A stretch of DNA of 56,669 nt, from positions 1-56,669 of the forward strand of contig CAZSZQ010000004.1 of NCBI GenBank assembly GCA_964610475.1. Reading direction: 5' to 3'. This stretch comes from an uncultured Desulfatiglans sp. (GTDB lineage: Bacteria; Desulfobacterota; DSM-4660; Desulfatiglandales; HGW-15). The notes beneath the pieces were generated by a model, which made no database searches, was not told the origin of the DNA, and worked only from the letters and a program-made list of their open reading frames with translations. Below, one piece after another: positions 43,503-53,233 of this stretch (the first letter of the stretch is position 1; the number at the start of each line of letters is the position of its first letter). A program made the translations under genes and the position numbers.

Positions 43503-45884
43503 TTACTGCTCTGTCTTTAAGGATTTAAGATTATCTTTTGCCATGTCGGAGAGTTTCCTGCCCAGCTGCAAGGGCTCTGAAGATTCTCCTGCCCTCTCCG
43601 GGGGATCAATAGCAATAAGTCTTTCATACATTTCTATGGCCTTTTCACGTTCTCCCTTCAGTTGGTATATGTATCCCATATTATAAATTGCATATGGATT
43701 ATTAGGGTTTTTATCAAGGGATTTATGATAATATTTCATAGCCTTTTCATAGTCCTTCAGTTGAAGGTACTTATATCCCAGCTCAGCGCGTCTCATATCT
43801 TCCGAGAGCCTGCCATCAGTATTCATTCTGATGGCGCCCTCTTTTATGGTGTCAATATGGCCTTTTTTATTTTCATAGAGCTTATCTGCCTCTGTCGGAT
43901 TTTCAATAATATGGGGTGTGAGGAATATATAGAGATTCTTCTTTTCAAGGGAGGCAGTCTTTGATCTGAACAGATAGCCTAAAACAGGTATGCGCCCCAG
44001 TAAAGGCACCCTGTAATTTGTCCTGTTGTCTTTTTTATCAATAAGGCCGCCAATCACTATTGTCTGACCATCCTTTATTCTTACAGTAGTCTTTGCTGTT
44101 CTTTTAAAGGTTGTCGGCTGCCCCTCCTCATTAAAACTTAACACCTGACTCACCTCCTGATCTAACTTGAGCCGTACGAACCTTTCCTGGTTTATCTGGG
44201 GTGTAATAGCCAGCTTGACACCTACTTCCTTGTAATCATAATTGCTGTAACCGCCCCCATAATTTGAATCATTTACCCTTTCATCTCTCCTTGTTATAAA
44301 TGGCACTTCATCTGTTACCTTTAACTCAGCCTCTTCATTGTCAAGGGTCATTATCATAGGGTTAGAATGGATCTGGACATCTGAATCGGTTGCATATGCC
44401 CTGAAAACAGCGCCAAGATCAGCAAATTCTATCCCGCCGATTGTAATCTGATTACCCAGGACACCATATGTAAGGCCTGTAGATAAACTCACATTCCCGT
44501 TTGAATCGACAGATGGGAAATTATTTACTCCGGGATTGGAGGCACTGAAAACAGATGCAGAACTGCCCTCTTCGCCAACCTGCCATTGCACGCCAATCTC
44601 ATACTGATTTTTCATACTGACTTCTAATACAAGCGCCTCTATGTAAACCATGCTTCTGGGTCTATCCAATTTCCGGATCACCTCTTCAAGTATATCATAT
44701 TCATCCTTTTGCGCTGTTATGATCAGGGAGTTAGTGGCCTTGTCAGAGACTATCTGGATATCCTTTGAAAGCACATTGGCGGCGCCTGCTTGTTGTGCTG
44801 CCTGTTGAGTATCTTTGGGAAGGGCCATAAGTGTTTTTGCCAGTTCTTCGGCATTTGAATTCTGAAGATAATATACATGTATATCTCCGCCTCCGCTTAT
44901 CTCCTTGTCAAGCAGGTTTAGCAATTCTTTTATCTTGAGTGTATCAACTTCTGATGCAACTATAATTAGTGAATTTGTTCTTTCATCAGGAACAATGATC
45001 ATCTGTGTATCCGCAGGCTGCCTTTTGGCCCCGGCAACGCCGCTAAAAGTTTTGAAAACAGAGCCCAGGCTTGTGGCCATTGTACGTGCTGATGCATGTT
45101 TGAGAGGGATCACGGTTATTTCCTCCCCTGTTCCCGGGATATCGATCAATTCAATTATTTCCAGAAGACGAGTTATGTTAGACAACACATCGGTAACAAT
45201 GAGGATTCCGGTAGGGTCATATGATATCATAAGACCGCCTTTGGAGATATAGGCACTGAATACCTTCTTTAATTCCTCAGGACTTGCGTATTTTAATGGG
45301 ATTATCTGAGTAACGACTTTGTCTTCAGGACTAATCCTGGCATTCCCGAACCGTGTCTCAATGTCTTTTGATCTGGCTTCAACTGAAGGTATTATTTTAA
45401 TTACCTTTCCTGAAGGCACAGTAGTAAATCCGCTGACTTCCAGAACCGATTCAAAGACCTTATAGGCTTCATCGACAGTAATTTTTGAGGGTGAGATGAT
45501 TGTAACTTTACCTTTTACATTATTATCTACCAGGAAATTCTTACCGGTTAATTCACTGATGAACTTAATCAGCAATGATATGTCAACATTATCAAAATCA
45601 ATGGAAATTAAACGGGAATCTTCTTTTTCTGATGATGCCTTGCCCTTATCCGGCGTGACTTCCGGCGCTGGTTTTACAGTTGCTGCATCTCCAGCTGATT
45701 CAGACGCTGTGAGTTGTCTTCTGTTTTCATTATTGTCTGGGGGCAGCTCAGACTCCCTTGTTTTTTGAGGTGACGACGTTATTTCGTTCCCCTCTGATAA
45801 GCGGGCACTGTTGCCGGTCTCAGCCTGAAGAAAATAAGCCATAAAGATGAGTACAGTGATTAATAAATATTTTCTAAGTCCCAT
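43503..45884 (-). CDS. gspD: Secretin GspD with a low-complexity N-terminal linker and a C-terminal TPR extension
   Basis: 793-aa ORF. Signal peptide, N0-N3 domains (ISIDFDNVDISLLIKFISELTGKNF), and the secretin core (VPLLGRIPVLGYLFRS...LYIFLTPHII). This is followed by about 110 aa of TPRs (YLQLKDYEKAMKYYHKSLDKNPNNPYAIYNMGYIYQLKGE). Confidence 0.9.
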   Translation of the reverse strand: MGLRKYLLITVLIFMAYFLQAETGNSARLSEGNEITSSPQKTRESELPPDNNENRRQLTASESAGDAATVKPAPEVTPDKGKASSEKEDSRLISIDFDNVDISLLIKFISELTGKNFLVDNNVKGKVTIISPSKITVDEAYKVFESVLEVSGFTTVPSGKVIKIIPSVEARSKDIETRFGNARISPEDKVVTQIIPLKYASPEELKKVFSAYISKGGLMISYDPTGILIVTDVLSNITRLLEIIELIDIPGTGEEITVIPLKHASARTMATSLGSVFKTFSGVAGAKRQPADTQMIIVPDERTNSLIIVASEVDTLKIKELLNLLDKEISGGGDIHVYYLQNSNAEELAKTLMALPKDTQQAAQQAGAANVLSKDIQIVSDKATNSLIITAQKDEYDILEEVIRKLDRPRSMVYIEALVLEVSMKNQYEIGVQWQVGEEGSSASVFSASNPGVNNFPSVDSNGNVSLSTGLTYGVLGNQITIGGIEFADLGAVFRAYATDSDVQIHSNPMIMTLDNEEAELKVTDEVPFITRRDERVNDSNYGGGYSNYDYKEVGVKLAITPQINQERFVRLKLDQEVSQVLSFNEEGQPTTFKRTAKTTVRIKDGQTIVIGGLIDKKDNRTNYRVPLLGRIPVLGYLFRSKTASLEKKNLYIFLTPHIIENPTEADKLYENKKGHIDTIKEGAIRMNTDGRLSEDMRRAELGYKYLQLKDYEKAMKYYHKSLDKNPNNPYAIYNMGYIYQLKGEREKAIEMYERLIAIDPPERAGESSEPLQLGRKLSDMAKDNLKSLKTEQ

Positions 45885-45934
45885 GATTTATCCTTCTGTT
45901 ATAATAAAATAAGGATTTAAATATCATTTTGTGA

Positions 45935-46657
45935 TTAAATCGAATCAGTCCCATTTACCCGTAAATAATTCTTAAGGTTCTGGAGATCAGGATCTTTATT
46001 TGCCCAATCCTTCACATTTTTATCAATTTCTACCGCCTTATTCAGATAAGTCATCCCTTTCTCCGTTTCATTGAGTATAGAATAAGTACACGCAAGGTTA
46101 TAATAGGGATTTACATAATCCGGTTTCAGCTTTACTGCTTTTTCAAGATACCTTATGGCATCTTCATATTTACCATTCTGCATGGATAATACACCCATAT
46201 CATTTAATGAATTAACATGTCCAGGGTCCCTGGAAAGGATTGTTTTAAAAATATCCTCAGCCTCCTGTAATTTGCCTTTCTCAAAAAAAGACACAGCCTC
46301 TTTATACAATGCTTCTCTTTGATTCATGATTTCTTCTTTGTTTTCATCGGCTTTTAATACATCCTCTGCATGAAACAGATTGCCCGTATCTGGTAACTTA
46401 CTGTTTAAACCCGAGTTATCCTGCACCGGCAAGTCCACTGTTAACCGGCTAACCCGCTGTTTCTCATCGGTTTTTTTTTCAAACCTGTAGTATATCAGGA
46501 CAAGTATTGCTAAAATAATTACAAGAGTTATGAAAACAAATTTTTTATCAAAAAAACGTTCGAGACCACCTGCTTTTCCTATTGAACGTATGTAGCCTAT
46601 GTGATTTGCATCCTTATTTTTCTGGGCTTTTTTCAGTGCTTCGTTGATATAACTCAT
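45935..46657 (-). CDS. Single-pass membrane TPR protein (MshN / GspB-analogue candidate)
   Basis: ORF opens at 46732, but ATG 46657 (MSYINEALKKAQ) lies 1 nt after the exeA stop codon (TAGAATG). One TM (FVFITLVIILAILVLIYY) and three or more TPRs at the C-terminus. Confidence 0.6.
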   Translation of the reverse strand: MSYINEALKKAQKNKDANHIGYIRSIGKAGGLERFFDKKFVFITLVIILAILVLIYYRFEKKTDEKQRVSRLTVDLPVQDNSGLNSKLPDTGNLFHAEDVLKADENKEEIMNQREALYKEAVSFFEKGKLQEAEDIFKTILSRDPGHVNSLNDMGVLSMQNGKYEDAIRYLEKAVKLKPDYVNPYYNLACTYSILNETEKGMTYLNKAVEIDKNVKDWANKDPDLQNLKNYLRVNGTDSI

Positions 46658-46658
46658 T

Positions 46659-48221
46659 CTATTCCGCCATCTGATATAAAAGTGCCCTGGTTCGCGGGCC
46701 GGCAGCTCCGTCAACGCGCAGGCCGAAATCATTCTGGAAACGCTTCATTTCATTAAAGGTTGTCATGTCATATAGACCTGTAATCCTAACCATATATCCT
46801 ATACCCATTAATGTTTTCTGCATTATATTTACTGAAGGATGCTGCATGCCGATGTTTACTACCTGATCATCATTATAAACAGGGAATATCCATGAAACAG
46901 TTCCACCCCAGTTTTCGAATAGTAACTCCCTGGTTATCTCCCGTTGATTGCCTCCACTGTCTGTACAAACAGCACCTTTGTCACTGACGCCTATAATAAA
47001 AAGATAACTGCCTGAGACTTTATTTCTCCTGGTTTTTAGTCTAAAAGGTTTTTTCAGCAAAATATAATATTCCGGAGCCAGTTCAAAATTAACAAGGCTC
47101 AGGTGGTTCAGTTTTTCATTGATATCATCCGAAGAATAGTGTTTGTAAAAAACAGAAAACAACTGGGTTACACTCTCTTCATCACTCAGAAACAGCCCTG
47201 GAACTTTTTTGCTTATTCTTTCTCCTCCAATTTTTTCTTCATCGATCGCTCCAACTTCATTGCCTTTGGTATTATTTTTTACTTTTAAATATGTACTCCT
47301 GCTGTAGAATCCTGTAATTGCAACAGCGGCAAGTACTATAAAAACTGGTATCAGGAAGTAAACAGCTCTTAACCCGTACAAATTTTGAGGTTTTTTCCCG
47401 ATAGAATCAAATCCGTAGAGATCGTCAACGGCCTTTTCAATAATTTTTCCAGTTACAGTATGAGTATCTTTGGTATATGCAATAAGAAGAGCCCTGTCGC
47501 AAATACTGTTTATTCTTCTTGGTATGCCGTTTGATCTTGAATATAACTTTTTAAATGCCCCTGCGGTAAAGTTAATATCTCCATGACTTCCTGCTACTAC
47601 AAGCCTGTGTTCGACATATCCCTTTAGATCCATGTATCCGAGCGGTTTTAAAAAATAACGGACGATGATCCTGTCATTAAGCTGCCTGAGAGACGGTGCT
47701 CCGATAATATCATTTAGTTCAGGTTGACCTATTAAAACTATCTGTAATAACTTCTCTCTTTCCGTCTCCAGATTTGAAAGCATTCTTAACTGTTCAAGAA
47801 CATCCCGGGACAGGTTCTGGGCCTCATCGATTAAGAGTACCGCATTACCTCCATTACTGAAATTCTCAAGAAGAAACCGGTTAAGGGCATCTACATGGTC
47901 TTTTATACTGACTACCCTGCCTGGGTCAATATTTACACTGAATTCCTGTAATATAAGTTTCAGAAGTTCGGTATCAGAGATATAAGAATTGAGTATAAGA
48001 GCACTTTTAGTTTTTCGTTCAAGACGGTTCAGAAGCACACGGCAAATAGTCGTCTTTCCTGCCCCTATACTGCCGGTTATGAGTATGAACCCTTTTCTTT
48101 CGTTGATTCCATAAAGAAGGTGATCAATCGCCTCCCTGTGATTCGAACTGAGAAAAAGATATCTCGGATCAGGCGTAAGATTAAATGGTGCCTCTGTAAG
48201 TCCAAAAAATGAATTATACAT
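46659..48221 (-). CDS. exeA: ExeA/GspA (MshM-like) AAA ATPase with a C-terminal peptidoglycan-binding domain
   Basis: 520-aa ORF. FGLTEAPFNLTPDPRYLF, Walker A GSIGAGKTT, Walker B LLIDEAQ, one TM, and a C-terminal PG_binding_1-like motif FQNDFGLRVDGAAGPRTRALL. Confidence 0.85.
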   Translation of the reverse strand: MYNSFFGLTEAPFNLTPDPRYLFLSSNHREAIDHLLYGINERKGFILITGSIGAGKTTICRVLLNRLERKTKSALILNSYISDTELLKLILQEFSVNIDPGRVVSIKDHVDALNRFLLENFSNGGNAVLLIDEAQNLSRDVLEQLRMLSNLETEREKLLQIVLIGQPELNDIIGAPSLRQLNDRIIVRYFLKPLGYMDLKGYVEHRLVVAGSHGDINFTAGAFKKLYSRSNGIPRRINSICDRALLIAYTKDTHTVTGKIIEKAVDDLYGFDSIGKKPQNLYGLRAVYFLIPVFIVLAAVAITGFYSRSTYLKVKNNTKGNEVGAIDEEKIGGERISKKVPGLFLSDEESVTQLFSVFYKHYSSDDINEKLNHLSLVNFELAPEYYILLKKPFRLKTRRNKVSGSYLFIIGVSDKGAVCTDSGGNQREITRELLFENWGGTVSWIFPVYNDDQVVNIGMQHPSVNIMQKTLMGIGYMVRITGLYDMTTFNEMKRFQNDFGLRVDGAAGPRTRALLYQMAE

Positions 48222-48271
48222 CCTTTACCGTCACTATGATTTCTAAATATTACTCCCTGAAAAAACCATGA

Positions 48272-49144
48272 TCATTTAAACCTGTAATTAATTGTTCTTT
48301 CAATCCCTCTTCTTATTATCTGGATTTCAACTGCTTCATCATTCTGTAGATTATTGTACAATGATATCAGATCTTCCGGGCTTTTGATTTCATTACCTTT
48401 CACGCCTTTTATGATATCACCGTTTCTGAATCCCATTTTTCTAAAAATGGAATTGGCCTGTACCCCGGTTATCGCCAGCCCGTCTGCCTCTCCATTTGAA
48501 AAGTGCGGTTTGATCGATGCCTGCGACAGGAGCTCCTGGATATTTGACAAAGATTCTTCAATTTCTGACCTCTGTATGGTTATTGTTCTGGAGGGGATAT
48601 TCTGTATTTGTGCATCTGAGATTCTGGCACCCTGAGTTGCGGGCATATCCCCTGTCTGGGTTGATGCTTCATCCATTAAAAGAATTTCATCTTTCCCGTT
48701 CACCGTCAAAACAACCCTGCCCCGGAGTATATTTTTTATGACCGCGTTTTTTACACTGTCTCCAACCATGTAAATATCCTGTGACTGTTTTGATTTATCA
48801 GTGATAACTGCATAGTCATATTCGTTACTGCCCGCAACAGTTCCAAGCAGGATCAGGTCAAGCGATGTTTGTTGAAGGCTTTCAACCTTGGAGAGATCTT
48901 CCTCAGGATTAACCTGCCCTTCACCTGTTTTACCAAAAATGCTCCGGCTGTCAATAATCTCATAGTCATTCAATTTCTGAGCAATTTGTCTTTTTGATTG
49001 CCCCGGTTTTGAGGTATTTGAGGCTATTTCAAAATCGGGTTGTTCAAGTCCTGCCTCAAAAATACGGTAAAAAGTATCAACACCCATGAAAATTATTGCG
49101 CCGATAGTTAGAATTTTGATTACGGTATATATGTTCTTTGTCAT
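48272..49144 (-). CDS. gspC: Type II secretion protein GspC (TM, HR region, PDZ)
   Basis: 290-aa ORF. N-terminal TM and a C-terminal PDZ-like block GLAITGVQANSIFRKMGFRNGDIIKGVKGNEI. Its position is inside the T2SS cluster. Confidence 0.7.
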   Translation of the reverse strand: MTKNIYTVIKILTIGAIIFMGVDTFYRIFEAGLEQPDFEIASNTSKPGQSKRQIAQKLNDYEIIDSRSIFGKTGEGQVNPEEDLSKVESLQQTSLDLILLGTVAGSNEYDYAVITDKSKQSQDIYMVGDSVKNAVIKNILRGRVVLTVNGKDEILLMDEASTQTGDMPATQGARISDAQIQNIPSRTITIQRSEIEESLSNIQELLSQASIKPHFSNGEADGLAITGVQANSIFRKMGFRNGDIIKGVKGNEIKSPEDLISLYNNLQNDEAVEIQIIRRGIERTINYRFK

Positions 49145-49156
49145 AATAAATAGCTT

Positions 49157-50083
49157 TTATCTGAATTCATATGATGGTTTTTCAAGCGTACCCTGAATAT
49201 CAATCTTTAATTTACCGTTTTTCATCATGTCCTTAATCAGGTTGTTGGTTGCATTACCGGCTTCAGGCATATTCCTGAACAGAGAAGGTAAAGGTTCAAT
49301 TTCCATAGAAAGTCTTAATCTGCTTGAGAGAATGTTATTGTCAAGTTGCACGGCACCTGTTGCAGTGCCGTTAATGGGCCCTCCGGTCATAATAAGATCT
49401 TTTATGTTGAGCCTCCGGTTGTCAAGAATGGAGGAAAGGCTGATTTTATTGAAGCTGATTTCATTCAGATTCAAAATAGGGTTAACCAGTTTTAGCTTAC
49501 CTTCGGCCAGATACAACGAAATCTCGGTATTGCCGCTTAGAAGACCGTTTGACTCGCCCATGAACTTGATTTTACCCGTGAGTATCCCTTCCAGTCTTTG
49601 ACTGATTACAGGATGAATAAATAAATCTTTATCGAGTGTAATACCGCCAATATCTATCGTGACATCAACTCGTTCTTTATTTGCACTATCTTTTTCCTCT
49701 AAAAAACCTGATATCGCGCCACCTTTCACTTTGCTCTTAAAATAGTATTTAGGATTACCTTTTAACCAGCCAGGGATAGAAAACCTGACAGAGGATTTTT
49801 CGGAGACATAAACCGGGGTATCGGCATTTTGTTTTAAGGCTATTTTTAAGCCCATGATTTTTAAGCCGGGGGAAATGGATAATCCGATTTTTTCAAAACT
49901 GATACTTACCTCCGGATATCTTTTTTCCACCTTTGACTTGACATAATTGGATAATGCCCTGGAAGGGAACATGACATACAAGAAAAAACCAGTTAAAACA
50001 ACCACGTAGATTATATAACATAACCGGCTTTTTTCGTTTGTTATCATTAAGAGTTTATTCATATACCTGTCATTATCCTGCAC
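49157..50083 (-). CDS. gspN: Type II secretion protein GspN-like
   Basis: 308-aa ORF (GTG start at 50083; alternative ATG at 50062). One N-terminal TM and a beta-rich periplasmic domain. Its position is after gspM. The call is from context and architecture only. Confidence 0.5.
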   Translation of the reverse strand: MQDNDRYMNKLLMITNEKSRLCYIIYVVVLTGFFLYVMFPSRALSNYVKSKVEKRYPEVSISFEKIGLSISPGLKIMGLKIALKQNADTPVYVSEKSSVRFSIPGWLKGNPKYYFKSKVKGGAISGFLEEKDSANKERVDVTIDIGGITLDKDLFIHPVISQRLEGILTGKIKFMGESNGLLSGNTEISLYLAEGKLKLVNPILNLNEISFNKISLSSILDNRRLNIKDLIMTGGPINGTATGAVQLDNNILSSRLRLSMEIEPLPSLFRNMPEAGNATNNLIKDMMKNGKLKIDIQGTLEKPSYEFR

Positions 50084-50609
50084 TTTTATCTATTTTATAT
50101 GTCAATAACCTGATAGTCGTATCAAGATATGTTTCTTCTTTTTTATTATGTTTGATAGTAATCTTGTTGATAAAAATATATCTTTCAGGCTTCTCTATCC
50201 TGTAAAGATATTCCGTCAGTTGACGCTGAGTTATTGCATCAAGTTGTATCTCAATTATGTCTTCTATAAAACCACCCTGTTTTTTCCCTTCGGATGGGTT
50301 CACTCTTGTCATATTATTCTTTAAACCTATTGTTTCTGCCTCCTTATTGACAAAGGCAAACAGAGATTCCCCCCCCCTGTTTGAAATAGCCAGCTCCAGG
50401 CTGCCTGAGATCTCATCAATGTCATGTCCCATGGAACCCAATCCATTCATATCCTCAATATATTTTTCGAGTTTTTTGGTTTCATTCTCAAGATGTGCTT
50501 TTTCATCAAAAAAGGGAAGAACAAGCTGTTCAATAATAAGGAAAATCCCGAGAACAAATCCTGCTGCACTCAAAAATATTTTTTCCCGCTTAGCCAGCTT
50601 CATATTCAT
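50073..50609 (-). CDS. gspM: Type II secretion protein GspM-like
   Basis: 178-aa bitopic protein (TM IFLSAAGFVLGIFLII) directly after gspL. Its size and topology fit GspM/PilO. Confidence 0.55.
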   Translation of the reverse strand: MNMKLAKREKIFLSAAGFVLGIFLIIEQLVLPFFDEKAHLENETKKLEKYIEDMNGLGSMGHDIDEISGSLELAISNRGGESLFAFVNKEAETIGLKNNMTRVNPSEGKKQGGFIEDIIEIQLDAITQRQLTEYLYRIEKPERYIFINKITIKHNKKEETYLDTTIRLLTYKIDKSAG

Positions 50610-50627
50610 TAACCTTATATTTGTTTA

Positions 50628-52121
50628 CTATTCAGCCCTTTCAAGCTTCAAATCAAATTTTATTCCGTCTTTACTTTGCCCGGGATTAATAATATTCACA
50701 CTTTTATACAGATCAGAAGGTTTTAGGATATTCGCAATTTTATCAACAGTATCGTAGCTATCGGTATTTGCTGAGATTGTGACCTCCCTGTTATTTATCT
50801 GCATTGTATTTATATTTATATTATATTCACCAGGAATACGCTGAGAGATATCCTTTAATATATCCAGCACCTTTTGATCGGTTTTGATACCCGTTGATGT
50901 ATCTGCGGAAGGGTTTTTTAAATCCTTCAGGTTTTGCTCCAAAATTAATATCTTATATTGTGTCCCCTTTATACCCTTATGTTCAGTAAATTTATTATCA
51001 AATAATTTATTGAAGTGATCTTCAACAAGGGCATGTTTTCTGCTCAAATAATAGTAATCGATACTGTTGTTAATAATCAGCATTATGAAAAAGATACTTA
51101 ACAGAACAGCCACCTTACGGGCATCCTTTCCTGGACCAAAGATATTTCTTTTTACAGCAAACTCGTCTCTCCTGAAATTGAAACCAATATTTTTTTTATT
51201 TTCACGTATGGACACGGCAAGCGCATTATCCATTAATGATGGTTCATAAATCCCGGAGAGAGCTGAATCCATTCGCAGTCTGCTGTCTCCGCTGATATTA
51301 ATTCTCTGGGGAGTAGCTTCAAACATGGTACTCATTACCGATGAAATATCTTTATATCCTGATAATCTGCCTCCATAAAATATCTTTTCAACTGTAAAAT
51401 CTTTCTTTGCCTGTGATATAAAGGAATGGATAGTCCGGTTTGTTTCATGAAATATGCTGATTAAAAAATTTTCTATGGATGCAGGGGAAGGATGTACACC
51501 TTTTTCAGACCCCGAAACATCTGCTTTTTCTAACAGGACGCAGGGTAATTCTCGAACTAGAACAATTTTATTGTTTTGAAAAATAACAACACAAGGGTTT
51601 TCGTATTCAAGATCCAAATAAATTCCGCCGTCAGTTGTTTTTTCCTGGTCAATAAGCCATATAACAACCGGCACCGGCCTTACATCTATTATGTCAGGAT
51701 TAATTCCGGCGTTATTAAATTTTTGAATATATTCAGCTATATAAACCTTTTTTATTGCCGCTGTCAAAATTGCTGAAGGGTTATTTTCATGGGTATGGTT
51801 ATAATCTATCACCATATCATCGATTGAAAAGGGGAGATGCGTCTCTATCTCAAAGGGGAGGGTCTGTCTGATTTTTTTGGTATCTTTGAAAGGGGTTTTG
51901 ATATTTCTGAAGGAGATATCAGAAGCAGGTATCGATACAAGGCACCGGTCGCTTTTCATATCAAAACTGCCTGTCAGTTTAAGAAGCGCCTCTTCAGGAT
52001 TATTTCCTGTAACAGGTTCTGAAAAGCATGATACCATCTGATAGCCCTTTAAACCGCTTATTAACTGAACCGCAGATATATAGTTCTTTGAGACATCTAT
52101 TCCTAAGATCTTGCCCGGCAT
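50628..52121 (-). CDS. gspL: Type II secretion protein GspL-like (PilM-like actin-fold N-domain, TM, PilN-like C-domain)
   Basis: 497-aa ORF. N-terminus ILGIDVSKNYISAVQL is typical of PilM/GspL cytoplasmic domains. TM VAVLLSIFFIMLII sits at about residue 340. Confidence 0.6.
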   Translation of the reverse strand: MPGKILGIDVSKNYISAVQLISGLKGYQMVSCFSEPVTGNNPEEALLKLTGSFDMKSDRCLVSIPASDISFRNIKTPFKDTKKIRQTLPFEIETHLPFSIDDMVIDYNHTHENNPSAILTAAIKKVYIAEYIQKFNNAGINPDIIDVRPVPVVIWLIDQEKTTDGGIYLDLEYENPCVVIFQNNKIVLVRELPCVLLEKADVSGSEKGVHPSPASIENFLISIFHETNRTIHSFISQAKKDFTVEKIFYGGRLSGYKDISSVMSTMFEATPQRINISGDSRLRMDSALSGIYEPSLMDNALAVSIRENKKNIGFNFRRDEFAVKRNIFGPGKDARKVAVLLSIFFIMLIINNSIDYYYLSRKHALVEDHFNKLFDNKFTEHKGIKGTQYKILILEQNLKDLKNPSADTSTGIKTDQKVLDILKDISQRIPGEYNININTMQINNREVTISANTDSYDTVDKIANILKPSDLYKSVNIINPGQSKDGIKFDLKLERAE

Positions 52122-52252
52122 CCATTATTCCCGATAATTAGTGTCCCCAATTTGTAAAGGTAATAGAAATTTAAAAAAACCGTTAATGTTTTATACATAA
52201 ATATTTAATAAAACTCAATATATTATTGATGTTCATTTAATAATGCTTTGGG

Positions 52253-53230
52253 TTAAATGATCTCCCATGACAGTACGGTAAACCTGTCTCCAGCCCTCTT
52301 TATATTGGCCTTTAATTCCTTTTCGGCAGTTTCCTTAAATCCTGTAGATAATATTTCAAAATAAGAGCTTTTTATTGTAAGGAGTGACGGATTTATAATA
52401 TCTTCACCGGTACCGAGTGTGTCCTTGTACCATAGTACTTTACCCAGGTCATTATCCATATCTGCCCGGTATGCAAGGATTTCATCCACCATTTCAGGAT
52501 CAAGCTCCTCTGAAATGGACATCAGTATATAACGATCTGCTGTATTGATATTTATCCTGCCGCTACGGTCTCCGTATACTGTCAGAAATTCCTTTAATCC
52601 GGGGGAATCCTTTGTCCCGTAAAGCAGTTTTCTGCTTATACCCTTGATATAGACCATCTCGTTTACCGATCTTAAATACCCGTTTCTGCAGGTATATGGA
52701 TTATCAAGGGACTGATAAAATGAACTTTCTGCCCCAAATCTGGTGGGTTCATCGTCTCTGTCAATCCAGTCCTTGATATTATCCAGAATGTCTTCTGATT
52801 CTTCCATTTTTAGAGCAAAGAGATCCGAGGTGAATAATCTCAATAAGATCTGCTTTTGATCTTCATTATATGTTCCATCCGGTTTTACAAGGCTGTTTAT
52901 CTGTATTCTGCCTGACAGATCTGTGATTTTCACATAGAATCTGCCGGCATCGAACAGACCTTCTGAAAGTGAGCTCGCTTCTTCTAAAAGGGCCCAGTCA
53001 TCATGTAATGAATCACTGTTTGAATCATCCTCCCGGAGTAGTGTAAGCGCCAGGTTGTAACCTGATTTTGCAATATAGCCAAGCAGTATATTGTCCCTGG
53101 AATTTACAGCACCGTTTAGTTCATGCCTCATTGATCCGTTGAAGTGAAGCGTGAGAACCACAATAATACTTATCATAAGTATGGTTATTATGAGAGCGAC
53201 GCCTCTATTATTTTTAAATATCTGTTTCAT
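52253..53230 (-). CDS. gspK: Type II secretion minor pseudopilin GspK
   Basis: 325-aa ORF. N-terminal hydrophobic segment RGVALIITILMISIIVVLTL without Glu5, a large periplasmic domain, and an RININTA motif. Confidence 0.75.
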   Translation of the reverse strand: MKQIFKNNRGVALIITILMISIIVVLTLHFNGSMRHELNGAVNSRDNILLGYIAKSGYNLALTLLREDDSNSDSLHDDWALLEEASSLSEGLFDAGRFYVKITDLSGRIQINSLVKPDGTYNEDQKQILLRLFTSDLFALKMEESEDILDNIKDWIDRDDEPTRFGAESSFYQSLDNPYTCRNGYLRSVNEMVYIKGISRKLLYGTKDSPGLKEFLTVYGDRSGRININTADRYILMSISEELDPEMVDEILAYRADMDNDLGKVLWYKDTLGTGEDIINPSLLTIKSSYFEILSTGFKETAEKELKANIKRAGDRFTVLSWEII

Positions 53231-53233
53231 CGT

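Noticed and set aside
46658-46732. 25-codon N-terminal extension of the TPR protein ORF; likewise 30162-30224 for the DUF2914-like ORF and 24098-24133 and 17378-17401 for the cupin genes
   Set aside because: The extensions overlap upstream genes or lack a Shine-Dalgarno. Internal ATGs have proper SD spacing or stop-start coupling (TAGAATG, TAATG).
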